From Myxococcota bacterium (GTDB lineage Bacteria > Myxococcota > Myxococcia > Myxococcales > Myxococcaceae), in the NCBI GenBank assembly GCA_049322255.1, contig JBMORE010000195.1, positions 1 through 43,977 of the forward strand: a stretch of DNA of 43,977 nt, read 5' to 3'. The notes under the pieces are model-generated. The model ran no database searches. It had not been told where the DNA came from and worked only from the letters and a program-made list of their open reading frames with translations. Of the stretch, positions 17,634 through 27,139 are shown in pieces. Made by a program: the position numbers and the translations under genes. Positions within the stretch are counted from its first letter, which is position 1; each line of letters starts with the position of its first letter.

Positions 17634-19175
17634 ATGCGCCTGTCCCTCGCCACTCGAATCTTCCTCGGCTATGCGGTCGTGCTGACGACCTTCGGGGCGG
17701 TGTCCATCTTCTCGGTGGCCGAGATGCACCAGAACCAGGTGGAGATTCGCCTGGTAAGTGATGGCTACCTCCACCTGGCGCAAGATGCCGCCGCCCTGGA
17801 GAACCTGCACAAGAACCACGAGCGCGACACCGAGCGGCTGTCCGACGAGAAGAGCGTGCAGACGCGCCGCTCGCTCATTCGCCTCGCCCGCCTCTACTTT
17901 CCCGAGCTGATGGCCAAAAAAGTGGAGGAGGGGCGGAGCAAGGCGAACCAGGTGCTCACCTTCGCGCCCGCGTCGGAGCGAGCCTTCGTCCACGAGGTGG
18001 AAGAGACCTTCGCCGACCTGCAACGGCGCTATGCCGAGTACCAGCTCGCCGCCGACGGGGTGTTCACTCTGCTCGAGGCAGAAAGCCCCGCTCAGCCCAC
18101 CGTCGGCCTGCAGATGGACAAGCTGCGGCAGGCACAGAGCGCGCTGGGGCGCTCCATTCGCCGGCTGCACGCCTCCCTGGAGTCGCGCATCCTCGAGCGG
18201 GTGGTGCAAGCCGAGAAGCGCGAGCGGCGCACCGGGGTGGCGATCATCGCCCTCTCGGTGCTGGCCATCGGCGTAGGGCTACTTGCCACCTACGCCTCCG
18301 CCCGCTCCTTGCGCCCGGTGCGCACCCTCATCGAGGGCGTCGCCCGCATCGGCAAGGGCGACTACTCCGCGCAGCTGGGGGTGCGCGGCGACGACGAAAT
18401 CTCGGTGCTCGCGCGCGAGTTCGACCAGATGGCGCGGTCGTTGCGCGAGCGCGAGGCACAGCTCAAGGAGAAGCAGGAGGCGCTCCTGCGCGCCGAGCAG
18501 CTCGCCGCAGTGGGCCGGGTGTCCGCCCAGGTGGCGCACGAGGTGCGTAACCCGCTCTCCGCCATCGGGCTCAACGTGGAGATGCTCGAAGAGCAGCTCT
18601 CGCGCGCTTCCTTCGCCCACGAGAACGAGGCCGCCGAGACCAAAGAGCTGCTCTCCTCCATCAACCGGGAGATTGATCGGCTCACCGAGGTCACCGCCGA
18701 GTACTTGAAGATGGCGCGACTGCCCTCCCCCGACCTGGCGCCGGAAGACGTGAACCGGGTGCTGGAAGGGGTGTTGGAGTTCTCCCGCGAAGAGCTGCAG
18801 CGTGCCTCGGTGGAGGTGGTGCGCCAGCTCGACCCAGCCTCGCCCCGGGCGCTCGCCGACGAGGGTCAGCTGCGACAGGTGTTCTTGAACCTCTTGCGCA
18901 ACAGCCGCGAGGCGATGGCCGGCGGGGGCCGGCTCACCGTGCGCTCGACAGCGGTGAACGGCCACGTCGAGGTCGTCTTCTCCGACAACGGCAAGGGCAT
19001 GAACGAGCAGACCCGGAAGCACATCTTTGAACCCTTCTTCTCCACCAAGGAGGGCGGCACCGGCCTGGGCCTGTCGCTGTCCCGGCAGATTCTGCAGGCG
19101 CACGGGGGGAGCATCGTGTGCGAGAGCTCTCCCGAGGGCGGCACCACCTTCGTCATTCGGCTGCAGCGCGTATGA
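17634..19175 (+). CDS. Membrane sensor histidine kinase (HAMP, HisKA, HATPase)
   Basis: Two TM helices, HAMP domain, H-box AHEVRNPL, N-box NLLRNS, DNGKG, FEPFFSTK and GTGLGL. Confidence 0.95.
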   Translation: MRLSLATRIFLGYAVVLTTFGAVSIFSVAEMHQNQVEIRLVSDGYLHLAQDAAALENLHKNHERDTERLSDEKSVQTRRSLIRLARLYFPELMAKKVEEGRSKANQVLTFAPASERAFVHEVEETFADLQRRYAEYQLAADGVFTLLEAESPAQPTVGLQMDKLRQAQSALGRSIRRLHASLESRILERVVQAEKRERRTGVAIIALSVLAIGVGLLATYASARSLRPVRTLIEGVARIGKGDYSAQLGVRGDDEISVLAREFDQMARSLREREAQLKEKQEALLRAEQLAAVGRVSAQVAHEVRNPLSAIGLNVEMLEEQLSRASFAHENEAAETKELLSSINREIDRLTEVTAEYLKMARLPSPDLAPEDVNRVLEGVLEFSREELQRASVEVVRQLDPASPRALADEGQLRQVFLNLLRNSREAMAGGGRLTVRSTAVNGHVEVVFSDNGKGMNEQTRKHIFEPFFSTKEGGTGLGLSLSRQILQAHGGSIVCESSPEGGTTFVIRLQRV

Positions 19176-20476
19176 GCTACCGCTACCACCGCGACGTGCT
19201 TCCCAACGGGCTTCGGGTGGTGACGGTGGAGGCGCCCCACCTGCACTCGGCGATGCTCACCGCCTACGTTCGTACCGGCTCGCGCCATGAGACGCTGGCG
19301 AACAACGGGGTCAGCCACTTTCTCGAGCACATGTTCTTTCGCGGCAGCCGGGGGCACCGCGACACGGTGCGCATGAATGCCCGCGTGGAGGCGGTGGGCG
19401 GCAACTTGAACGGCATCACCACCCGTGACCACGGCTACTACTTCACCCCCCACCACCCCGGGCACCTGGGCGTGGCGATGGGCGTGCTCGGCGACATGCT
19501 CACCCGGCCGCTGCTCGCCCAGATGGAGGTGGAGCGCCAAATCATCCTCGAGGAGATGCTCGACGAGGTGGACGAGCGGGGGCGTGACATCGACCTGGAC
19601 AACCTCTCCAAGATGGAGCTCTTCGGCGCCCACCCGCTGGCGCTGAAAATCGCCGGCACCCGCGAGTCGGTGCGGGCGCTGAAGAAACGCCAGCTCCTCG
19701 AGCATCTTCGACACCACTACGTGGCCGGTAACCTGGTGGTGGCCGCGGCGGGCCGGGTACGCCGCTCGGAGGTGCTCGATACGGCCGCGCGCGCCTTCGC
19801 CCGTCTACCCCCAGGCCCCACCTCGGTCGACGGCTCGCCGCCGCCGGCGCGGCCCGGCCCGTGGTTTCGCTTCGTCACTCACGAGGAAGCGCAGACCGCG
19901 TTTCGCCTGAGCTTTCGCACCGTGCCCGAGCACCACCCAGACTTCCCCGCGCTGCAGCTTCTGCAGCGGGTGCTCGACGACGGGCTGTCGTCGCGGCTGC
20001 CGTTCAACGTGGTGGAGAAGCGGGGGCTGGCCTACTCCGTCCACGCGGGGATGGAGGCCTTCCACGACGCCGGGGTGTTCGAGGTGGAGGGCGCCAGCGC
20101 CCCGGACAAGGCCGCGCGGGTGGTGGAGGAGGTCTGCCGCACCTTGGGCGCGCTGTGCGATGCGCGGGTGGGCGGAGCCGAGCTTTCGCGGGTGAAGCGC
20201 CGCCACCGCATGTTCCTCGAGTTCGCCCAAGACTCGGCCGGCGAATTGGCAGGCTGGTTCGGAGGCACCGAGCTTTTTCGTCCTCCGGAGAGCTTCGAGG
20301 AGCGCTGCCGGCTCATCGAAGCCCAGACCAGCGACCGGCTACGAAAGGTGGCGCGCCGCTACTTCACTCGGGCCAACCTGGGGGTGGTGGCGGTGGGCCA
20401 GCGCACCGGGGTGCGAGCGCTGGAGAGAGCCGTGCACGACGCGAAAGGGCTGCCATGCTCGCCGCCCTCTTCTTGA
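19172..20476 (+). CDS. M16 family zinc peptidase
   Basis: LPNGL, GSRHE, HFLEHMFF (HxxEH) and SSRL..VEKRGLAY motifs; ATGA overlap with the kinase stop. Confidence 0.92.
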   Translation: MSYRYHRDVLPNGLRVVTVEAPHLHSAMLTAYVRTGSRHETLANNGVSHFLEHMFFRGSRGHRDTVRMNARVEAVGGNLNGITTRDHGYYFTPHHPGHLGVAMGVLGDMLTRPLLAQMEVERQIILEEMLDEVDERGRDIDLDNLSKMELFGAHPLALKIAGTRESVRALKKRQLLEHLRHHYVAGNLVVAAAGRVRRSEVLDTAARAFARLPPGPTSVDGSPPPARPGPWFRFVTHEEAQTAFRLSFRTVPEHHPDFPALQLLQRVLDDGLSSRLPFNVVEKRGLAYSVHAGMEAFHDAGVFEVEGASAPDKAARVVEEVCRTLGALCDARVGGAELSRVKRRHRMFLEFAQDSAGELAGWFGGTELFRPPESFEERCRLIEAQTSDRLRKVARRYFTRANLGVVAVGQRTGVRALERAVHDAKGLPCSPPSS

Positions 20477-22023
20477 CGGTCCTCGCTGCCGGTGCCGAGG
20501 CACCTTTTGCGACGGCGGAGGAGCTTTCGGTGCCGGTGCGCATTCAGGGCAACTTCGTGATGCCCGACCCGGTGTACCTCGCGGTGCTCCAGCTGCCCAA
20601 GGGGGCGACCGCAGACGCACAGACGGCGGCGACGGTGCAAGAGCAGCTCACCCGATTCTTGAAGCGCAGCGGCTACGAGCTGGCCAACGTCTCCGCCCTC
20701 GCCCGCGACGGTGGCATCGAGGTGCACCTCGACGAGGGCCGGCTGGAGAAAATCGTCTTTCGCGGGCGGCTGACATTGCAAAACGTTCGCTTCAAGCTGG
20801 CCCTCGCGGTGCCGCACGAGGTGTTCAACCGCCCCGCGCTCGAGCGCGAGGTGAAGGAGCTCGCCGCCAAGGTGGGTTTGCAGAAGGTGTGGTTCGAGCT
20901 GGTGCCCACCGCCGCCGTCTCGCACGTGGGCCCGCAACTGGAGGACTTGGGGACCGTCCGCGGGCACGCCTTGGTCCACCCCCGGCAACCCTTCGAGCTG
21001 CACGTCTTCTTCGACGAGAGCGAGTGGAACGTGGGGCCGGGCGTCGACATTCGCGCCGGCTACTTCGACGGGCTAGAGCTGGGGCTCAACTATCAGGACA
21101 AGCACCTGCTCCTGACGGACGACCGTTGGCGCGCGGCGTTCAGCGCGGGGGTGGGGCTGCGCAACCGCATTCCCGACGACGCCTACTACCTCGCCTTCTC
21201 GCGCGCGGCCGGCGAGCTCGTCTGGTATGCGCCGCCCATCCTCGCCACCCGCCCCTTCGTCTGGGTGCGGGCCGAAGGCACCGGCCGCCAGCGCAAAGAC
21301 TTGGGCCTGGAGAACTACCTCAACTTCGCCGCCGACGCCTCGCTGAACCTCCAATGGAAGCTGGGGCCCCGCCACACTTTCTCCTTGGGCGGGGGCATGC
21401 AGCACCGCGGGCTGTCGGGGTTTGCGCTCGCGCCGGGGGTCGAGCCGGTGCCGGGGCTGGTGGACACCGAGCGCCTTCGCTCCTTCGCGCTCCTGCGCGC
21501 CGACGGGGTGTTCGACGACGGCGGCGAGCGGTGGGACCGGCGCCATGAGCTCACCCTCGAGGGCCGCCACTTCTTCGCCATTCGCGACCCGGTGTACGGC
21601 GAGGGCCGGCTGTCGTACCAGAAGGTCTTCGGCTTTGGCTGGCACGACCTGTGGCTCAAGGCCAAGGGCACCTGGCTGTGGGGCGAGGTGCTCTTTCACA
21701 ACGAGGAGCCGGTGGCCGGCCTGCACCTGCGCGGCGTCTTCGGCGAGCGCTACGTACGAAGAGTGGCGAGCGGCTCGGCGGAGTTCCGCTTCTCGCTCAC
21801 CCGCGATCTCTACAAGCTCTCCCTCTTCCATGACTTGGCCGTGTGGGGCGAGGTCGATCGCGTCACGGGCGCCGAGCTGCTCAGCGTGGGAAACAGCTTC
21901 GGCCCCGGCTTCCATGCCCTCATCGAAGGCATGTTTCAGCTCGACCTCTACCTCGCGTTCGGCTTCGCCAGCGGCCGGCGACGCGACATTGGCGTCACCG
22001 CCATCCTCCAAAAAGTATTCTGA
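20455..22023 (+). CDS. Outer-membrane beta-barrel protein with POTRA-like N-terminus (Omp85-like)
   Basis: Signal peptide, F...GY...V...DEG POTRA-like segment, amphipathic strands, LRG loop motif, C-terminal Phe. Confidence 0.65.
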   Translation: MLAALFLTVLAAGAEAPFATAEELSVPVRIQGNFVMPDPVYLAVLQLPKGATADAQTAATVQEQLTRFLKRSGYELANVSALARDGGIEVHLDEGRLEKIVFRGRLTLQNVRFKLALAVPHEVFNRPALEREVKELAAKVGLQKVWFELVPTAAVSHVGPQLEDLGTVRGHALVHPRQPFELHVFFDESEWNVGPGVDIRAGYFDGLELGLNYQDKHLLLTDDRWRAAFSAGVGLRNRIPDDAYYLAFSRAAGELVWYAPPILATRPFVWVRAEGTGRQRKDLGLENYLNFAADASLNLQWKLGPRHTFSLGGGMQHRGLSGFALAPGVEPVPGLVDTERLRSFALLRADGVFDDGGERWDRRHELTLEGRHFFAIRDPVYGEGRLSYQKVFGFGWHDLWLKAKGTWLWGEVLFHNEEPVAGLHLRGVFGERYVRRVASGSAEFRFSLTRDLYKLSLFHDLAVWGEVDRVTGAELLSVGNSFGPGFHALIEGMFQLDLYLAFGFASGRRRDIGVTAILQKVF

Positions 22024-22039
22024 CGGCGCACCCCTCTCC

Positions 22040-23368
22040 CTACCTCCCCCCCTTCATGATGATGACTCCGCTCCCCGGCTTCTTTTCCGTCGTCGCCGCC
22101 GCCGCCTTGACCAGCCGAGCCTGAATCTCGAGGTAGCGCCCGTTCTTCGGCTCGTGCCGCAGCGCCTCGGCGATCAGTTTCTTGCCGCGCTCCACCTGGC
22201 TGGCGCTGTCCGCGTACAGGCCGGCGAGGGCGACCTTCTCGTCGATCGACGCCTCGTTCATGAAGAGCAGCCGCTCCAGCGCGCTCATCGCCTCGATCTT
22301 CTCGCCCCGGTGCTCGAAGATGCGCCAGGTGCGCGAGAGCGCGGGGCCGAAGGAGGGGTCGCTGCGCAGCGCGTGCTGGTAGCTCTCCACCGCCGTCTTG
22401 AGCTCACCTTGCGCCTCGAGCACCCGGCCGCGCACGTAGAGCGCCCGCGCGTCCTTGGGCTTGAGCGTGAGCCCCTGCTCGACGAGCGTGAGCGCCTCGC
22501 TCGTCTGCCCCAGGTTGAGCTTGGTTTCGGCGAGCTGGGCGAGCAGCTCGGGGTTGCGCGGGCTGTCATCGAGCAGCGACTGCAACGCCCGCACCGCCTC
22601 GTCGTAGCGCCGAAGCTGGTTGAGCACCTTGGCCTTGAGCGCCACCACCTCCGGGTCCTTGGCCCCCTCGCGGCCAACGAGCGCCAGGTCGGCTTCGGCC
22701 ATCTCGGGGTAGCCGCTGTTGAGAAAGTAGCGCGCGCGCAAGACCCGCGCCCCCGTGCTGCCTGGGTTCTCCTCGAGCAGCCTGTCCATCAGCTTGGCGG
22801 CGAGCAGCTCTTCGCCGCTGATGAGAAGGATTTCCGCCTCCACCACCTTGGCCTCTGGGTCGTCGGGTTTGCGCAGCTGCACCCGCTCCAGCGTCTTCCA
22901 TGCCGCCTCCACCTCGCCCTGCCGGGCCTGCATGCGCGACAACACCAGCACCTCGGCGTCGGTGAGCTGGTTGGCGTGGAACAGCTCGAGCAGGGTGGCA
23001 ATCGCAGGCCGGGTCTGACCCATGCGGCGAAAGAGCTCGGCGCGCTGGCGCTTGAGAAGCGGGTCGTCTCCCCCGTGCAGCTCCTCGGCCTGCTTGAGCG
23101 CGAGCACCGCCGCGGCGTCATTGCCCGCTTGCCGGTGGGCGTCGGCGAGCATCAGGAGGGGCTGGGGGTCTTTCGGCATGGCGGAGGCCGCTTGCTTGAA
23201 GGCCGCGATGGCACGGTCCCACTTTCCGCTCGCGAGCGCCTCCCGGCCCTCGGCGATTTTCGCCTCCGCGGTCTTCTGCCGCGTCTCGGCGGCTGCCGTC
23301 TCGGGGTCCTTGCAGGCGGCGCTGCTCAGAAGCCCGCCCAGCGCGATGAGCCAGCAAAGCCGTGGCAT
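22040..23368 (-). CDS. TPR-repeat lipoprotein
   Basis: Lipobox-like SAAC; many TPR units ending in P.D/N. Confidence 0.85.
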   Translation of the reverse strand: MPRLCWLIALGGLLSSAACKDPETAAAETRQKTAEAKIAEGREALASGKWDRAIAAFKQAASAMPKDPQPLLMLADAHRQAGNDAAAVLALKQAEELHGGDDPLLKRQRAELFRRMGQTRPAIATLLELFHANQLTDAEVLVLSRMQARQGEVEAAWKTLERVQLRKPDDPEAKVVEAEILLISGEELLAAKLMDRLLEENPGSTGARVLRARYFLNSGYPEMAEADLALVGREGAKDPEVVALKAKVLNQLRRYDEAVRALQSLLDDSPRNPELLAQLAETKLNLGQTSEALTLVEQGLTLKPKDARALYVRGRVLEAQGELKTAVESYQHALRSDPSFGPALSRTWRIFEHRGEKIEAMSALERLLFMNEASIDEKVALAGLYADSASQVERGKKLIAEALRHEPKNGRYLEIQARLVKAAAATTEKKPGSGVIIMKGGR

Positions 23369-23404
23369 GTGGCCGAAACGTAGCGAATGTTATCCTCCCC
23401 GTCG

Positions 23405-23761
23405 ATGGACCCCTTCGTGCGTCGGCTCATCGAGCGCTTGTTCGACCCCGCCCAGCCGCTGTCGCGCAACCGGCACTTTTTCGCCTTCGACAACGCCGAG
23501 GGGCGCTTCGCCTTACGCACCTCCAAGCGCCTGCGCGCGCTGCAGAAGGAGATTCTCGAGTGCGCACGCGAGGGCGGCGGGGTGCGTACGTTCCACCACG
23601 AGAGCGAGAGCGGCCTTCGAATCGAGCTGCGCCTTCAGCGGCTGCGCTGCACCCGGGTGGCGAGGCTGACGGCCGATGAGCTTACGCTGCTCACCCAGCT
23701 TCCCGGCGTGCGCGAGGCGCTCCTTTCTTCGTCGCCACCTTCGTCTCGAGCGAGGGAGTGA
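23405..23761 (+). CDS. Hypothetical protein
   Basis: GC3-rich ORF MDPFVRRLIERL...LSRNRHF; function not recognised. Confidence 0.6.
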   Translation: MDPFVRRLIERLFDPAQPLSRNRHFFAFDNAEGRFALRTSKRLRALQKEILECAREGGGVRTFHHESESGLRIELRLQRLRCTRVARLTADELTLLTQLPGVREALLSSSPPSSRARE

Positions 23762-23789
23762 GCAGAATCTCGATGCGCCGGTTGCGCGC
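23724..23789 (-). pseudogene. C-terminal remnant of an OmpA/MotB-family gene
   Basis: Translates ARNRRIEILLTPSLETKVATKK; NRR[IV]EI is the OmpA-like domain C-terminal signature. No upstream part of the gene is present. Confidence 0.55.
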
Positions 23790-23810
23790 GCTCTCTCGAG
23801 GGTGACTGCC

Positions 23811-25271
23811 TCAAGGGGCGCTCGGCTGAGCGGGATGACTTGCCCGAAGGAGCAGAGCCCGCACGCCTTGCATCCAATCTTCTTCCACCGAGACCGCACC
23901 GGCGGGCATGGGGACGAGCTCCGCGGGCACGCTCGCGCCCACCACCACCACCGGCACACGCATCTCGAGGCCCAGAAACCTCGCCAGCTTCACCGTCGGC
24001 TCGGCGACGTCCAGGAGGAGCGCGCCCACCGCACCGGTGCAAAACGGTCGCCACAGCGGGCGCGCCGCCTCACCGTGTGGGAGCACACAGAAGTCGACCT
24101 TCAATACCTCGCTCAGCTCGTAGCGACCCACGGTGCCAAAGCCGCTCTTGAGCGCCCGCGGCGGAGAGGAGGCCGGCACCAGCCCGCTCAGCCCGGAAAG
24201 GAAGCGCTGGAGCGCGGACGGACCCTGGGCGCAAACGAAGATCTTGCCGATCGCCGCATGGCTTGGCTGCCTTCCACGGAGGAGGCGTGCACGCAGCGCG
24301 TGAATTTCCGCCGGCCCCAACAGCGGCGCGTGGCCTGGCTCCGCCTCACCCGCAGCCACACGGGCCACGCCCTTTTGCATCAGCGTCGAGAGCACCACCA
24401 GCACATCGAGGTCGGTGGCAGGCGCCAAATCGAGCAGCTCGGAAATCGTACGCGGCGTGCGCAACAGCTCGACCACCTGCGCGGTCACCGGGTGTTGGTC
24501 TCCTGACAAGGTGGCCTCGGGCGAGAGCACCACCCGCACCTGACGCGAGGGAAGAGAGGAGTAGAGCCGCGCCGCTTCATCCGCCTGGCGCAGTCCCTCG
24601 AGGAGCGCCTCGTCCATCTCCCGCACGATGCGCACCCGGCCCAGCGCGTTCATGGGCTCGAACGCGAACGAGCCCTCGGTCCACGACAGGAGCCGAAAAA
24701 GCGCCTTCTCTCCCTCCACCGGCCCCAGCTTGGCGTTCACCGGCCGGCCCTCGGAGACGTGGACTTCCCCTTGCTCGGTGTTCCGCTCGAGGGTGAGCCG
24801 GCCACTCTTCTTGTTCATCGCCAGAATCTGCAAGAGGTCGCCGATGCCCAACTGGCTCAAGTTGCCCTCGATCTCGCGCGCCTGGCCCCGCAGCTCCTTG
24901 GCCGCTTCGGAGCGACGGAAGACGTGCTCGATACGCGAGAGCACCTCGTCGAGGTTGAACGGCTTTTTCAAGCAGCCGTGGGAGAAGGCACGTACTTTGT
25001 CCTGCGCGAGGTTGGTGGTGGTGAGCACCACCGGAATGTCATCGGTGCGAGGGTTGGTGCGTAAGATTTGCTGAAACGAGCGGGCGTCGATGAGCAGGCA
25101 CGCGTCGTCGAAGAGCACCAAGTCGGGGTGGCGCAGCACCGTGACCTCGAGCGCCTTCGACCCGTCGGGCGCGTAGTGAACCTGGTAGCCCTTGAGCCGC
25201 AGCGCCTTGGAGAGCGCGCGCACCGCCTCGAGGTCGGGATCGGCGAGGAGAATCTTGCGCGCGGCGGCCAT
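23811..25271 (-). CDS. Response regulator: REC + DUF4388 + degenerate small-GTPase-like C-terminal domain
   Basis: KILLAD...PDLVLFD...KKPF receiver; IEGNLSQLGIGDLLQILAMNKKSGRL...W.EGSF.F DUF4388; C-terminal alpha/beta domain. Confidence 0.85.
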   Translation of the reverse strand: MAAARKILLADPDLEAVRALSKALRLKGYQVHYAPDGSKALEVTVLRHPDLVLFDDACLLIDARSFQQILRTNPRTDDIPVVLTTTNLAQDKVRAFSHGCLKKPFNLDEVLSRIEHVFRRSEAAKELRGQAREIEGNLSQLGIGDLLQILAMNKKSGRLTLERNTEQGEVHVSEGRPVNAKLGPVEGEKALFRLLSWTEGSFAFEPMNALGRVRIVREMDEALLEGLRQADEAARLYSSLPSRQVRVVLSPEATLSGDQHPVTAQVVELLRTPRTISELLDLAPATDLDVLVVLSTLMQKGVARVAAGEAEPGHAPLLGPAEIHALRARLLRGRQPSHAAIGKIFVCAQGPSALQRFLSGLSGLVPASSPPRALKSGFGTVGRYELSEVLKVDFCVLPHGEAARPLWRPFCTGAVGALLLDVAEPTVKLARFLGLEMRVPVVVVGASVPAELVPMPAGAVSVEEDWMQGVRALLLRASHPAQPSAP

Positions 25272-25282
25272 CGCTTCTCTTT

Positions 25283-27139
25283 TCAGAAGGGCTGTAGGTC
25301 GTACTCGGCCTGCAGCTTGGAGACGAGCCCCTCGACCACCGCGGCATCGGAGGTGTGAAAGCCCCAGGTCGCGCCGCGGCCACGCCGCTGCACCAGCGCA
25401 TAGGCAGCGTTCTCCGACAGCCATAAGATGAACTCGTGGCGCGCCATGCGCTCATCGCCCTCGAGGAACACTGGGGTGAGCGCGGGGTGCGACTCGAGAT
25501 CGCCCCGGCGGCCCAAGACGTAGGCTCGGAAGGCATGGTCGACGGGCACGCGCTGAAGCCCCGAGGAAATGGGCAAGTCGGCGCGCACCTGTGGGCCACC
25601 CACGTAGAGCACCCCGCGCGCCAAAGGTTCACGCACCAGCTCCCGGGCGATCTCCTCTTGCAGCTCTTCGAAGAGCAGGTCGCTCACCTTGCCCCGCCGC
25701 GACGGCTCGGCGTCCATCTCATGTGGGAGCTTGGGCGAGCGGGCGCTGCCCAAGAGCAGCTCGACCTCGTCCCAGAACGTCAGCGGGTCGAGCGCCAACA
25801 TCCGCTGCAAGGAGAGGCGGCGCTCCTGCATGCGGCGGCGGCACTTTTGCGCCAGCTCATCGAAGTCCTCTCCGTCTTTGGGGAAGGTGGCGGCGCCGCC
25901 CACCAGCCCCAAAGGCAACGCCGCTTCGACCTCCTTCACCTCGGGCTCCTCGACCACTGCCCCCATGGCGCGTCGCAGGAACATCACGGCTCCGAAAAAG
26001 TCCGTCTCGGGAAGCAGCATGTAGAAGTCGCGCTCGCTCGCCTTGGCGAGAATGTCGGAGTCGCGGGTGATGCGTGACAGCGCGCGGGTGATGCCCCGCG
26101 CCGCCCGCATCGCCTCGTCTGCACCCAGCCGCAACCGCACCTTTGGCAGCTGGTCGATGGAGAAGGTGAGCAGCGAGAAGGTGCGGCCGTAGCGGCGCGC
26201 CTTGTAGATCTCCTTGTTGGCGTAGTCGGTGAAGTACGAGAGGTTGTAAGCGGCGGTCTCACGGTCGCGCAGGCCCAGCCGCTGCAGGGCGAGAAAGCGG
26301 CGCGCGTTCTTCACCCCCAACGCGGCGAAGTCACCCAACAGGCGCGCGGTGCGCAGCGCCTCGGGCCGGAACTCACCCACCAGCGGGTCGAACAGCCGGC
26401 CCAGGCCCACCACCTCGCCCGCAGCGACCAGGGGCACATCGAGCACCATGTGGGGCGGCGAGCCAGAGGTCCAGGGCGCGCCTTCGCCAAGACGCGGCCG
26501 AAGCTCTCCTTCGGTTTCCAACCTTTCGGGCAAAAGCTTGGGGTCGAGCAGGCCCCGGTACGCCTTGAGGCGTAGCTCGCTCTTCTCGTCCGCCACCCAC
26601 AGCGCGGCGCTCTGGGCGTCGCACAGGGCGGTCAGATCGGAAAGCACCTGCTCCTGCACCCACTCGAGGTCGGGGTTGGAGAGCAGCTCCAGGCAGTGCC
26701 GGTTGATCGCCTGGAAGCGGGCGAGCTCCATGTTCTCGTTCAAGAGCCGGGTGTGCTCGCGGCGCAAGGCGGCGCGCTCCAAGCAACGGTCGACCGCGAG
26801 GTAGAGCTCGCTCTCGTCGAGCGGCTTCAAGAGGTAGTCGCTCACCTTGGCGCGCATCGCGGTTTGCGCGGCGTGCACGTCGGAGCGGCTGGAGACGAGA
26901 ATGATCTCCTGTTGGGGAAAGCGCGCGCGCAGCTGGGCGATGAGCGCCAACCCGTCGACCCCAGGCATCACCATGTCGGTGATGACCACCTCGTAGCTCG
27001 CCCGGGCCACCTCCTCCCGAGCGCGCTCGGCGTTCTCCACCGCGACCACCTGGTGCCCGCGGCGAATGAGCAGATCGGCAGCGACCTTCAAGAAGAACCG
27101 ATCGTCGTCGACGAGGAGAATGGGGGCTGTCACGGTCAT
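25283..27139 (-). CDS. REC-GAF-degenerate GGDEF protein with probable C-terminal DICT-like domain
   Basis: ILLVDDD...TDMVMP...KP receiver; D.ETAAYN...GGDEF fold with RDSD I-site and SERDF in place of GGDEF. ATGA overlap with the dapF stop. Confidence 0.85.
   Translation of the reverse strand: MTVTAPILLVDDDRFFLKVAADLLIRRGHQVVAVENAERAREEVARASYEVVITDMVMPGVDGLALIAQLRARFPQQEIILVSSRSDVHAAQTAMRAKVSDYLLKPLDESELYLAVDRCLERAALRREHTRLLNENMELARFQAINRHCLELLSNPDLEWVQEQVLSDLTALCDAQSAALWVADEKSELRLKAYRGLLDPKLLPERLETEGELRPRLGEGAPWTSGSPPHMVLDVPLVAAGEVVGLGRLFDPLVGEFRPEALRTARLLGDFAALGVKNARRFLALQRLGLRDRETAAYNLSYFTDYANKEIYKARRYGRTFSLLTFSIDQLPKVRLRLGADEAMRAARGITRALSRITRDSDILAKASERDFYMLLPETDFFGAVMFLRRAMGAVVEEPEVKEVEAALPLGLVGGAATFPKDGEDFDELAQKCRRRMQERRLSLQRMLALDPLTFWDEVELLLGSARSPKLPHEMDAEPSRRGKVSDLLFEELQEEIARELVREPLARGVLYVGGPQVRADLPISSGLQRVPVDHAFRAYVLGRRGDLESHPALTPVFLEGDERMARHEFILWLSENAAYALVQRRGRGATWGFHTSDAAVVEGLVSKLQAEYDLQPF

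Noticed and set aside
23811..23813. TGA readthrough or selenocysteine extending the DUF4388 protein
   Set aside because: No recognisable SECIS or redox context; the in-frame tail is better explained as a deletion scar.
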